A stretch of 64,000 nucleotides of DNA from Lewinella sp. (GCF_050633125.1 NZ_JBOEFX010000031.1:13717-77716), one strand, 5' to 3'. Shown: positions 17,901-26,833, numbered from the stretch's first letter. Numbers and translations are program-made. Notes: a model not told the origin generated them from the letters alone.

Positions 17901-18442
17901 TTCCTGTCACTTGGCTAAGCTTTGCAGCTAAAGCTCAATCAAAGGCTATTGCCCTTCAATGGACAACGACCCATGAGGAGGACAATGCCGGATTTGACCT
18001 TGAAAGAAGGTCAGAACATGAGACTGATTTCCGGCCAATTAGCTGGATTCCAGCAACGGACAATCCAACCGTTACCAATCATTACGCCCACCTTGATGAA
18101 GAAGTACAACAGGGTCTCACGTACTATTACCGGCTACGGCAGATAGACTACAGTGGCAAGGCATCTTATTCTGAAATTCGTTCCGCAGCAATCGCTACTT
18201 CTACTCCGCAGTGGTCTTTCTTTCCCAACCCTACAGCAGGCGACCTGCAATTAAGGTGCTGGAATACCACACAGACGGTAACACTTAAACTAATTGATGT
18301 TCAAGGAAAAACCTTGCAGGAATGGACTATCAATTCAGGAGATGTTACCTCCCTGAATTTGACCAACTACCCTGCCGGTGTTTATTGGCTAAAAGCCAGT
18401 ACGCAAAACTGGGAAGCAGTTGAGCGAGTCATTAAAATTTAA
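14942..18442 (+). CDS. Secreted reprolysin-like (metzincin) zinc metalloprotease with proprotein-convertase P-domain and T9SS C-terminal sorting domain
   Basis: HEMGHQFGGNH zinc motif. P-domain recognised from SGDLEVSLEAPNGT..NGDWALNIRDNVSQEGGTLNGWSIKVC. The C-terminal tail FFPNPTAGDLQL..GVYWLKAST..VIKI is T9SS-like. The ATG at 14942 gives the signal peptide MQGFISYFSICFFILFSLTNSAAQ; the track's start at 14843 is less likely. Confidence 0.8.
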   Translation: MQGFISYFSICFFILFSLTNSAAQSAIWQNTSTNQLSDQEERKITPNRFRVYQADTTALKDLLRSTSHEREVNPRQSPHQITLPTPDGEWETFQFVAYDLLHPQLQATWSYIKTWRGVSTTNPTTTVRLDWTARGFHAMILERGNTWFVDPYYWNQRDYYQVYYKRHYPQPDETFECHTESDRDPITEENSVVRAGDCNFREYRLALACTGEYADFHGGTVSGAASAMATSMNRVNGVYEADLAIRLVLVANNNDLVYLDGGTDPYTNGNGGTMLGENQSTCDDVIGTANYDIGHVFSTGGGGVAYLRSPCRSNKAGGVTGRGAPVGDPFDIDYVAHEMGHQFGGNHTQNNPCNRSSASMEPGSASTIMGYAGICSPNVQSNSDAYYHARNIQEIANYMETGEGNNCATIIDMSNSAPNVTAVQDYDIPGGTPFVLTGNATDPDGDPISYCWEQYDNEVGEDMPPLPTNTQGPMFRSFDPVAEPERYFPRLSDLVNNVDPEWETLPETDRDMDFRLTVRDFDGNYGCTTEDQIRLSVDADSGPFLVTNPNTNISWSENNTATVEWDVAGTNTAPISCSNVDILLSYDGGLTYPVTLVSNTPNDGSHSVNVPAGTSTTARVLVRCTDNVFFDISNTNFTITNSVVPNYTFSYEGGTLSACASASASLDFIVSTTSIGGYNDPITLSATSVPVGVNVSFSANPINPGDNVTVTVSDFSSLSTGNYTVEIESNSTAGNLSTSLPFQLTAAPAAPGLIEPADGFDGASIFTYFNWNTVASADSYILEIAEDMFFSNIVFSTTTSETDLVLSENLDGDISYYWRVISSSDECGLGSSSTVRSFITEPCFLYENNESLAISSGAAADYSSVLNIPDGGTVQDLDLLNLDITHTRSGDLEVSLEAPNGTIRNLFSYICGNNDDVFLSFDDGTANNISCPLNTGEKVKPNQTFSSFNNLEMNGDWALNIRDNVSQEGGTLNGWSIKVCTKNFSPLPVTWLSFAAKAQSKAIALQWTTTHEEDNAGFDLERRSEHETDFRPISWIPATDNPTVTNHYAHLDEEVQQGLTYYYRLRQIDYSGKASYSEIRSAAIATSTPQWSFFPNPTAGDLQLRCWNTTQTVTLKLIDVQGKTLQEWTINSGDVTSLNLTNYPAGVYWLKASTQNWEAVERVIKI

Positions 18443-18570
18443 GTGGGAAATCGGAAGTGGGAAATCGGAACGTGTGTACTTAGTGGATACGGTCTTCCTG
18501 CCGGAGAAGTAAAACACGCTATAAGAACACCAATACACTTCCCACTTCCGCTTTCCCACTTCCGACTTTA
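18436..18570. repeat. ~135-nt palindromic element built from GTGGGAAATCGGAA units
   Basis: (GTGGGAAATCGGAA)x2 at 18443-18470. The inverted block CTTCCCACTTCCGCTTTCCCACTTCCGAC is at 18538-18566. The element spans exactly from the stop at 18440-18442 (plus strand) to the stop at 18573 (minus strand). Confidence 0.8.
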
Positions 18571-18572
18571 AA

Positions 18573-19115
18573 TTATCGACTCTTCATCGCGATCTGCAAT
18601 TGAAACTCGCCTTCTTCGGCTCCTTCGGGGCCAACGACTACTATTAAAGCCTGATAAGGGTTATTGATCGCCAGAATATTTTTTACGGTACGGGTGTGAT
18701 CCTGGGTGCGGTTTACATAGTTGCGGTCCCATTTATGATCGGCTTCACAGCGGATACAGCTGCTGAGGTTAGGGACGAGGTTGTCTTCGGTAATCTGGCC
18801 CGCTTGGTAGGCATAGAGGCTATAATTGGCTGATTTATCCGTTGGGACAACCGTGATTTCCAATTCTGAATAGCGAGGAATATCTACCAGATACATCACA
18901 TGGCGGCCTCTGAATTTGCTCGCCTGGGTCTCTGGAAAACAAGCTACAGAACTGTTCCAGGCCCACGATAGGTCTTCCATAATCACACCATTCTCTAGGG
19001 TTCCTGCGAAGGCCACTGTTTTATTGGGGACCAGCTCCAGTTTGGTAATTTCTTGGGCAGTAGCAGAAAAGGTGAGGCCAAACAAGCAAAGTGTAAAAAG
19101 TAATTGATTAAGCAT
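18573..19115 (-). CDS. Hypothetical small secreted protein (beta-sandwich, PPC-like composition)
   Basis: The ATG at 19115 gives the signal peptide MLNQLLFTLCLFGLTFSATAQ. I recognised no catalytic motif. Confidence 0.55.
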   Translation of the reverse strand: MLNQLLFTLCLFGLTFSATAQEITKLELVPNKTVAFAGTLENGVIMEDLSWAWNSSVACFPETQASKFRGRHVMYLVDIPRYSELEITVVPTDKSANYSLYAYQAGQITEDNLVPNLSSCIRCEADHKWDRNYVNRTQDHTRTVKNILAINNPYQALIVVVGPEGAEEGEFQLQIAMKSR

Positions 19116-19238
19116 AGGGTAAGGTTTTAGAAAAAAAATAGCTGACATCGGTAACGAAACGCCAAAACGCCAGATAAACGTATGTAAGCACTCTGGCGGG
19201 AGTGCCAAAGCTAATCCTAAAATCTAAAAACCTTTTCT

Positions 19239-20903
19239 ATGAAAACATTGATTACCCTCTTAATTACGATCTTTTCCTTCTTCTTCCTCACCGCACAGAA
19301 TGACATCTGCCAGATTGATTTGCCTTCCACGAGAGTGGCGGCCTATGCGCACGGCGAGCAAGTAGAATTTACTTTTGAATACAGTATTGACGAGTCGGGT
19401 GGTGCACGCATTTTTGCGCGGCCATTCACCAACGGCAACCTTACGCCCGGTTACGGGGCCAGCGGATCGCCTATCTACAATGGCGATGGTACGGGTAGTT
19501 CTTTCTTCACCATCAACAGTGGCAGTGTGGTGGTTGATGAAATTCGTTTTCTCATTACCACTGCTGACCAAACTGCTACATTGCGGGAGTTTTACATCCC
19601 CGTCACCTACCAGTTTGGAGAAAATGGTGCCAATAATTTTTCCTTTACACAATCGCAGGAAATTGGCTCTCTACTGCTCGGTGAGCAGGTAAACATCACC
19701 TTTGACTACAATGTTTCGCACCCTGGCGGTGCCCGTATTTTTGTGCGTCCATTTACAAACGGTAACCTCACGCCAGGATATGGGGCTTCTGGCTCGCCTA
19801 TCTTTTCAGGTACGGGAAGCCATACGGCCAATTTCAGTATCAATTCCGGTAGCAATATCCATGTAGACGCCTTGCGGGTAACCATCCTCAATGAAAGCCA
19901 AACACAAACGCTCAACACCTTCTTTATTCCCGTAAACTGGTACTGGAGTACCGTCAAGGTCACTAATTTTAATGCTGTAGGAGGCAACTACTTTGCCAAT
20001 GGCGACAACGTTACCATTGAGTATGATTACGAAACCACAGAAGCTGCTGGAGCACGTATTTTCCCACGGCCATTCACCAACGAGGGGCTTACGCCTGGCT
20101 ATGCTGCTTGCGGTTCTCCCGTCTATACTGGCAGTGGCTCATCAGCTTGCAATTTCACCATTAACGGAGCCAATCGGCGTGTCGATCATATCCGTTTCCA
20201 GGCTACCAATGCTGATCAAACGGAGGTGCTCCTGGAGATGCTGCAACCGACGGACTTGTTCTTCGGTAATGTGTTGATCGAAAACCTGGTGACGTGTCCC
20301 CCGTCGCCAGCACGCCTACTCCACGGTGAGCGTGTCAATGGCTATTTTGATTACACCAACAGCGAAAGCGAAAGCGGCCGTTTCTTCTTCCGTCCGGCGA
20401 CGAATGGCAGCCTTTCACCTGGTTATGCTGCCGCTGGCTCTCCAGCTTACCCAGTGGGTAGCAACGCTGGCGACAGCTATTTCACCATCACGAGTGGGGA
20501 TGTTATCGTTGATCAAATTCACTTTTTATTGGCCAACGAGAGCCAATCTGAAGACTGGGGCACTTACCGGTTCAATGTACATTACCAATACGGCGACGCC
20601 ATGGTTTCGGCCAACGAAGAACTGACAGCATTACCGGAGCACCTGCAATGGCAAATGGCCCCTAATCCTGCTCAACAGCAAACGACACTTTATCTTCGTA
20701 GTGAACAAAGTGAAGAAGCTAGTATAGTGATCATGGATGCTTACGGCAAAGTACTACAGCAGTCTAAATCTCTCCAGCTTCTTGCTGGCCAGGAAATCCA
20801 GTACGTTTTAGATTTGGAAAGACTTGACTTGCCTAGCGGACTCTACCTTGTTCAGTTGCGTAGTGAGACGTTCCAGTCTACCCAGAAGTTGATTGTACAA
20901 TAG
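19239..20903 (+). CDS. T9SS-sorted secreted protein with four ~115-aa internal repeats
   Basis: The motif GGARIF(A/V)RPFTNGNLTPGYGASGSPI.. recurs four times. The C-terminal tail APNPAQQQTTLYL..GLYLVQLRSE..KLIVQ is T9SS-like. Confidence 0.7.
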   Translation: MKTLITLLITIFSFFFLTAQNDICQIDLPSTRVAAYAHGEQVEFTFEYSIDESGGARIFARPFTNGNLTPGYGASGSPIYNGDGTGSSFFTINSGSVVVDEIRFLITTADQTATLREFYIPVTYQFGENGANNFSFTQSQEIGSLLLGEQVNITFDYNVSHPGGARIFVRPFTNGNLTPGYGASGSPIFSGTGSHTANFSINSGSNIHVDALRVTILNESQTQTLNTFFIPVNWYWSTVKVTNFNAVGGNYFANGDNVTIEYDYETTEAAGARIFPRPFTNEGLTPGYAACGSPVYTGSGSSACNFTINGANRRVDHIRFQATNADQTEVLLEMLQPTDLFFGNVLIENLVTCPPSPARLLHGERVNGYFDYTNSESESGRFFFRPATNGSLSPGYAAAGSPAYPVGSNAGDSYFTITSGDVIVDQIHFLLANESQSEDWGTYRFNVHYQYGDAMVSANEELTALPEHLQWQMAPNPAQQQTTLYLRSEQSEEASIVIMDAYGKVLQQSKSLQLLAGQEIQYVLDLERLDLPSGLYLVQLRSETFQSTQKLIVQ

Positions 20904-21038
20904 GCGATTTTTGCCTAAAATGAGACTCAGTTTGAACTAGTCTATTGAACCATCATAAGGGATTATAAGGTCATTTAAGAACTAAAACAAAGCGCTTATA
21001 TGTTCTTATAATCCCTTGCATGGTTCAAATTAATCGCC
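20903..21038. repeat. ~136-nt imperfect palindrome starting at the stop codon
   Basis: The arms TTGAACCATCATAAGGGATTATAAG (20945-20969) and CTTATAATCCCTTGCATGGTTCAA (21005-21028) pair. An outer pair, GGCGATT/AATCGCC, extends the structure. Confidence 0.7.
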
Positions 21039-21114
21039 CTAGAAAGTCCTCTCTATTCTTACTGCACAGCAGGCTGCATGAAAAATAATATCCCTATCTT
21101 CCCACTAAAACCCA

Positions 21115-22080
21115 ATGCCTGCCACTACGCTACTACATGTACCCACCGCTGAAGACATTCGTGAAAGCCATCGCCTGATCCAGCCACTTATCCACAGAAC
21201 ACCGATCATGACTTGTGAGGCGATCAATGAAATGACTGGTGCAGACATTCACTTTAAGTGTGAAAACTTCCAGAAAATTGGCGCTTTCAAAATGCGGGGT
21301 GCAGCCAATGCCGCCAGCAGACTGACTCCCGCTCAGCTGGAACAAGGATTGGCGACCCATTCCTCTGGCAATCACGCCCAAGCCGTAGCCCGAGCTGCTC
21401 AAGTATTGGGCGTACCCGCCTTTATCGTAATGCCCAAAAATGCACCGGCTGTAAAAGTAGCCGGAGTCAAAAGCTATGGTGCCGAAGTCGTTTTTTGCGA
21501 ATGCACTATAGAAGCTCGTGAGACTAAACTGAATGAAGTTATAGCACGAACGGGAGCTTACTTTATCCATCCTTTCGATGATTACAACGTCATAGCTGGT
21601 CAGGCAACTGCTCCTAAAGAACTGCTAGAAGACGCTAATTTACCCTTCGATATAATTATGGCGCCTGCCGGTGGCGGCGGCTTACTCTCTGGCACTGCAC
21701 TTGCAGCCCACTATTTCACACCAGACACCCAGATAATAGGGGCAGAACCTTTTGAGGTAGACGATGCTTACCGGTCTTTCCACAGCGGAAAAATAGAGCA
21801 TAACGCAACCATTAATACCATTGCTGACGGTTTACGCACCTACCTCAGTGAAAAGACGCTGGCCATCATCCGGGAGCATGTTACCGATATCCTGAGAGTG
21901 GAAGAAGAGGCCATCGTTCATGCCATGCGACTAGTATGGGAACGTATGAAAATCATTATTGAACCCAGTTCTGCTGTACCTCTGGCAGCAGTACACGCTT
22001 ATCCAGAAGTTTTCAAAGGAAAAACGGTAGGCATTATCCTCACAGGAGGTAATGTAGACATAGGGAATTTGCCTTTTTGA
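21115..22080 (+). CDS. PLP-dependent serine/threonine dehydratase-family enzyme (no ACT domain)
   Basis: PLP-lysine context FKCENFQKIGAFKMRGA and glycine loop APAGGGGLLSG; 321 aa. Confidence 0.85.
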   Translation: MPATTLLHVPTAEDIRESHRLIQPLIHRTPIMTCEAINEMTGADIHFKCENFQKIGAFKMRGAANAASRLTPAQLEQGLATHSSGNHAQAVARAAQVLGVPAFIVMPKNAPAVKVAGVKSYGAEVVFCECTIEARETKLNEVIARTGAYFIHPFDDYNVIAGQATAPKELLEDANLPFDIIMAPAGGGGLLSGTALAAHYFTPDTQIIGAEPFEVDDAYRSFHSGKIEHNATINTIADGLRTYLSEKTLAIIREHVTDILRVEEEAIVHAMRLVWERMKIIIEPSSAVPLAAVHAYPEVFKGKTVGIILTGGNVDIGNLPF

Positions 22081-22234
22081 AGAAACAGCTGCTCAAAAAC
22101 TGTACATTAGCATCCCATTTTAATTTCCCAGTAGTTTTTACCTCCATTACAGGAATTATTTTAGGCTAACTGGCATTGATATGACTATAAAACATCCACC
22201 TGCCCCCCCTACAGGGTAAAGTAAAAAATACGAA

Positions 22235-23209
22235 ATGAAAAGGATTTTAACGGGTATTCAAAGTTCAGGAAAGCCTCATTTAGGGAATGTTCTAGGAGCT
22301 ATTCTCCCAGCGATTGAATTATCGAAAAAAGCGGACAATGAGTGTTTCTTTTTCATAGCCGATTTACACTCTCTTACCACGATAAAAGACGCTGAAGCTC
22401 GCAAAAACAACGTCTATTCCGTCGCAGCTGCATGGCTTGCCTTTGGTTTTGATACGGGTTCCAACTTCTTCTATCGCCAATCTCGGATTCCTGAGGTTTG
22501 TGAATTAACCTGGTACACGAGCTGCTTTATGCCTTTTTCGCGCTTAAGTCTAGCGCACTCTTTCAAAGACAAATCTGATCGATTAGAGGATGTTAATGCG
22601 GGGCTGTTTTTATACCCTGTATTGATGTCATCAGATATTTTACTGTACGACGCAGAGATGGTTCCTGTTGGTAAAGATCAGAAACAACACCTTGAGATCA
22701 CGCGTGAATTGGCACGAAGAATTAACCACCACTACAAGACAGAATTGTTTGTCGTTCCAGAAATTAAACTGGACGAAAAGGTAATGATCATCCCCGGAAC
22801 GGATGGCCAAAAGATGAGCAAATCCTACAATAACTACATCGACATTTTCAAGCCCAAAAAGCAGCTTAAAAAGGATGTAATGAAAATTGTGACGGATACC
22901 AAAGCACTGGAAGACCCTAAAGACCCCGACACTTGCAACGTCTTCCAACTGTATGCTACCGTAGCCTCTCCGGAACAAATCGAAGAGATGGCCGCGAATT
23001 ACCGCGCTGGCAACTATGGTTATGGTCACGCCAAAACAGCCCTTTTTGAGTTGCTTTGGACCAAGTTTGAAAAGGAGCGTGAGCAATACGATTACTACAT
23101 GAATAACCTAGACGAAGTGGATAGGCTATTGAGTATCGGCGAAGACCGCGCACGCGAAACGGCAGTAAAGGTTTTGGATAGGGTAAGGAAGACGCTTGGG
23201 TTTTCTTAG
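22235..23209 (+). CDS. trpS: Tryptophan--tRNA ligase
   Basis: GIQSSGKPHLGN (HIGH-like) and KMSKS (DGQKMSKSY) motifs; 324 aa. Confidence 0.95.
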   Translation: MKRILTGIQSSGKPHLGNVLGAILPAIELSKKADNECFFFIADLHSLTTIKDAEARKNNVYSVAAAWLAFGFDTGSNFFYRQSRIPEVCELTWYTSCFMPFSRLSLAHSFKDKSDRLEDVNAGLFLYPVLMSSDILLYDAEMVPVGKDQKQHLEITRELARRINHHYKTELFVVPEIKLDEKVMIIPGTDGQKMSKSYNNYIDIFKPKKQLKKDVMKIVTDTKALEDPKDPDTCNVFQLYATVASPEQIEEMAANYRAGNYGYGHAKTALFELLWTKFEKEREQYDYYMNNLDEVDRLLSIGEDRARETAVKVLDRVRKTLGFS

Positions 23210-23327
23210 CGTATGCGAGCAAGCAGAAAATGGCAACACTATGATACCCTAGGCAAATTGACGCATTTGTCGCAAGCTTTAGCGATTGTTGAAGCCGATT
23301 CTCACGGTTGTTTCTGGGGCTAAAGGG

Positions 23328-23604
23328 CTACGGCTGGGACACACCTCGACCAAAATCAGGAGTGAGATCAAGAAAAAACACCTCAGAGAGGTCGAATATT
23401 GGTAGAAAAGAATAAACAAATAAGGAAACGACCTCTACCGAGGTCAAAACACATAAATGGAGACTGTTCATTAATGTGTGTCTGATGAATAATTGCCGAA
23501 ATGTATCTACTTGATAACCAGTAATAAAAAATCTCTGCGGGCTCTGCGGCTCTGCGCGAGACACACTATTTTGAACATTCTCCATAAATGTATCCCAACC
23601 GCAG
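23328..23604. repeat. Composite repeat region bounded by inverted CTACGGCTGGGA / TCCCAACCGCAG ends
   Basis: It contains two oppositely oriented copies of the GACCTCnnnnGAGGTC hairpin motif seen at 7788-7803. It also contains a CTCTGCGG tandem tract (23533-23560). Confidence 0.6.
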
Positions 23605-23712
23605 GGCTAAAGAGAGAGCACAAAAAATGGTATAGGCATAAACCTCCTTACCCAAGCCGAGCTTACCGGATATACATCCATAAGATTTCCGTGTTCTCCT
23701 ACCTTTGATTTA

Positions 23713-24312
23713 TCACTTTGATTTTTTAGTCTTTTTCTTGTACTTACTATCTTTCCATTTGTTTGTACCTAATTCACTCGAAGCAATTAATTCTTTAAGC
23801 CGCTTTATTTTAGTTTTTTCTTGTACAGCAGAAATCACCCAGTATACCGAATGCTTCTTATACGATGGCGCAAGGGATTCAAAATAGGCCCAAGCTTTTG
23901 CGTTTTTCTTAAACTCATCTTCAAAATCACTTGGCAAGTTTAGTTCTTTTTGCCTGAAGGCATAATCGTAAGGTTTACTTTCAGCTCTGTTTTTAAAAAT
24001 TTCAATCCCAGCTGGTTGCATTAAACCCTTCTTCGTTAGGTTTTCAATTTTTTCTAAATTGACAGGGCTCCAAACACTTGTTTTTTTCCGTGGCGTAAAT
24101 CGGATTTGATAAGAATCTTCATCTATAGACCTCCGAACACCATCAATCCAACCAAAACAAAGGGCTTGATCAACTGATTGCGACCAAGTCATACTTGGAT
24201 ATCCACTTTTTACTTTATAAAAACCAACAAACAACTCTGTCTTTTTGTCATGGTTATTTGCTAACCATTCTCTGAATAGTGCTTGTGTCGGAAAGAACAT
24301 TGGTTCATTCAT
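23713..24312 (-). CDS. YdeI/OmpD-associated family protein
   Basis: FREWLANNH..ELFVGFYKV..MTWSQSVDQALCFGWIDGVRRSIDEDSYQIRFTPRK is the typical family pattern. Confidence 0.75.
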   Translation of the reverse strand: MNEPMFFPTQALFREWLANNHDKKTELFVGFYKVKSGYPSMTWSQSVDQALCFGWIDGVRRSIDEDSYQIRFTPRKKTSVWSPVNLEKIENLTKKGLMQPAGIEIFKNRAESKPYDYAFRQKELNLPSDFEDEFKKNAKAWAYFESLAPSYKKHSVYWVISAVQEKTKIKRLKELIASSELGTNKWKDSKYKKKTKKSK

Positions 24313-24370
24313 AGGAAAGCTTCTTCAATTTTACGGATTTTTTGGTTGTATTTCTTTTGATCGCACACTA

Positions 24371-25222
24371 TCACTTCACTACCCTCCTCACCCGTTTTAC
24401 GCGCTTCAGTACCAAGATTCTAAAAATCAGTGCTGCGACGATAATGAGGCCGCCAATAATAGCCATTGCACTGGGGCGTTCGCCAAAACCGATGGCTACC
24501 CATACCGGGTTGAACAGTGGCTCGATCATGGTGAGTAAGCTGGCTTCTGTGGCAGTGGTACGCTTGAGGCCATAAGTGAATAACAAATAGCCCAACCCCA
24601 TTTGAATAAGTCCCAAGTAGGCCAGCATGAGATGCTCGGAGCCGGTAAACGTTTCTGCAGCCATCAGGCTAGGTAGACCAACCAACACCACCAGAAAGTT
24701 ACCCCAGAAAACGGCGGATACATGATATTCATGAGGATTCGACCGCTGCCCAAGCATGAACCCTGCGTACGCCACGCCCGACAAGGCGGCAATGAGTAAG
24801 CCCAAACCGCCGGATACGTCCAGCCCTTCCATAAAGAAGAGGCTCATTCCTAGAAAGCAGAGGATCGTCGTAATAATGTTAATGCGCTGGTATTTCTGCT
24901 TAAACAGCAAGGGTTCCAGCAGCAGCACGTAGGCTACTCCTGTATATTGTAGGAAGATGGCATTGGCCGCCGTTGTGAGCTTGGTAGCCGTAACAAAACA
25001 GATGAGCAGCGCCGCATAAAAAAGGCTATTCCATAAGGTCAGCCAGTTGAAAGTAAAGACTTTCATACGGTAAATTGCGAAAAAAACCAACATCGTATAC
25101 AGTGCCCGAACACACAAGATCGTAAACGCTTCTTGAGGTAACCATTTGATAAAAAGCCCGGCACTACTCCATACCAATGCCGCCAACAAAACCGCGACTA
25201 AGCCTTTGTTTCTTTCGTTCAT
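24371..25222 (-). CDS. EamA/DMT-superfamily transporter
   Basis: About 10 predicted TM segments in a two-fold EamA-like layout; 283 aa. Confidence 0.8.
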   Translation of the reverse strand: MNERNKGLVAVLLAALVWSSAGLFIKWLPQEAFTILCVRALYTMLVFFAIYRMKVFTFNWLTLWNSLFYAALLICFVTATKLTTAANAIFLQYTGVAYVLLLEPLLFKQKYQRINIITTILCFLGMSLFFMEGLDVSGGLGLLIAALSGVAYAGFMLGQRSNPHEYHVSAVFWGNFLVVLVGLPSLMAAETFTGSEHLMLAYLGLIQMGLGYLLFTYGLKRTTATEASLLTMIEPLFNPVWVAIGFGERPSAMAIIGGLIIVAALIFRILVLKRVKRVRRVVK

Positions 25223-25237
25223 TCTTCAACAATTATT

Positions 25238-25350
25238 GATTCTCTGACATTTTTTTGTGTTTAGAGTCAAGCGAAAACAAAAATCACGTTCCTTACCAGT
25301 CACTTACGATTTTTGCTTTAGCTTGACCACAAAAATTGTCAGAGAAGGTA
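25238..25350. repeat. Palindromic MITE/REP-like element, copy 2
   Basis: GATTCTCTGACATTTTTTTGTGTTTAGAGTCAAGCGAAAACAAAAATCACG..CACAAAAATTGTCAGAGAAGGTA aligns along its whole length with 2934..3050. It abuts the stop at 25352-25354. Confidence 0.8.
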
Positions 25351-25351
25351 A

Positions 25352-26833
25352 TTATTCCGCTAAACGAGCCATTATTGCCAGTAGCTTTCGGCGAGCATCA
25401 CCACCGCTACCTTGGTAATTATTCAACAAAACACTAAAAGCCAAGACCCTACCTGAGCGACTGGTCACATAACCGGAATAGGCCCTTACCTGCTCCAGCG
25501 AGCCACTTTTGGCACGCAACTTCCCTTCAGCTGCCGTGCCTTTGAGGCTGTTTTTCAGGCTACCCGAGCGCCCCGCCAAAGGAAGACTTTCCCAAAAAAC
25601 TTGCTGAATATCCTCATCTTGATACATGGCACTCAGCAAGTCACAGAAAAATGCTGGCGGCAGCACATTCCTCGGTGCCATCCCTGAGCCATCATAAAGC
25701 AACACTCCGCCAAGATCAAGTCCACGGCTTTCCCAATACGTTTTGATGGCCTCCAAACCTGCCTCTGCACTACCCTCTCCGTTCGCCTTTTGGCCAATAG
25801 CGCGTAGCAGGGCTTCCGCGTATAAATTGACGCTTTCCATATTCGTACGATCCGCGATATGCTGTAAGCGTGGGCTTTTATGCGTGTACAGTACCTTGGG
25901 TTCCCCTAGCGCTGGCAAGGCATCCCCTAGGCTGCGAGCAGTCGCTGGTGGCCGTAAACACAAAATTCCTACAGACTCCAATGTGCGCTGCAATTGCTGA
26001 GCTGCAAATAAAGGAGGATCAGGTATAGCTCCTTTGATAGTAAACGAGCCACTTCCCACCGGAATAGTGCCCCGCAGGTGGCGCTGATAGGTATAAGGAG
26101 CACCGTATATATAGGCATTATCGCCCGACCCACGGCCTGCGCTTTTTACCTCATTGGCAAATTGCAACCCGGGAATATCAGGCGAAATATTTGCTATGGG
26201 AGGAACGGCACCAAGCTGACTCCGTTGCTGAAAACGCAGATAGTACAAATTATCGTGTAAATTAAGCCCAAAGGCCCCACAGCCATAGTAATTCCCCATA
26301 TCCAACCATTGCCAGTGGCTACCATTTGCGGCTGAACTAAAAGCGCGTTCATCGGTAATCACCCGGCCGGTAATCTGCCGAATACCTGCTTGCTGTACCG
26401 CTAAACTGAAACGTTCCAGCAGCGCTTCCAGGCCAGGGGTTCCTTCCATATCTGGCGAACCCAGGCTGGGGTCACCACTGCCGACGAGGTACAAATTGCC
26501 GCTGAGTACCCCCTCGGCATCCACATATCCATCGTAGGCCAGTTGTGTTTCAAATTGGTAATCAGGGCCCAGTATCTTCAAGGCTGAGGCCGTCGTTAGT
26601 AACTTCAAATTAGACGCCGGAATAAGACTTCTTTCACTATCATGCCCTGCCAACAATTCTCCTGTTGTAGCATCCGCAACTGCAATGCCCACACTTGTGT
26701 GCGTAAAATAATCGTCGGCTACCCATTCATCAATACTTGCTTGCAGCGACGTTTGCGCAGCGAGGACAGTATTTACAAACAACCCCAGCAAAAAGAAAAA
26801 CAGGATACGGCGATACATAAGTTCGGTATTCAT
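25352..26833 (-). CDS. dacB: D-alanyl-D-alanine carboxypeptidase/endopeptidase (PBP4, S13 family)
   Basis: SxxK motif PASNLKLLTT. The C-terminal KSG-type context is LRAKSGSL. Signal peptide present; 493 aa. Confidence 0.85.
   Translation of the reverse strand: MNTELMYRRILFFFLLGLFVNTVLAAQTSLQASIDEWVADDYFTHTSVGIAVADATTGELLAGHDSERSLIPASNLKLLTTASALKILGPDYQFETQLAYDGYVDAEGVLSGNLYLVGSGDPSLGSPDMEGTPGLEALLERFSLAVQQAGIRQITGRVITDERAFSSAANGSHWQWLDMGNYYGCGAFGLNLHDNLYYLRFQQRSQLGAVPPIANISPDIPGLQFANEVKSAGRGSGDNAYIYGAPYTYQRHLRGTIPVGSGSFTIKGAIPDPPLFAAQQLQRTLESVGILCLRPPATARSLGDALPALGEPKVLYTHKSPRLQHIADRTNMESVNLYAEALLRAIGQKANGEGSAEAGLEAIKTYWESRGLDLGGVLLYDGSGMAPRNVLPPAFFCDLLSAMYQDEDIQQVFWESLPLAGRSGSLKNSLKGTAAEGKLRAKSGSLEQVRAYSGYVTSRSGRVLAFSVLLNNYQGSGGDARRKLLAIMARLAE

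Noticed and set aside
22081-22234. A possible T-box or Trp-responsive leader upstream of trpS.
   Set aside because: I could find no specifier or antiterminator-like helices and no T-box consensus. The region is short and AT-rich.
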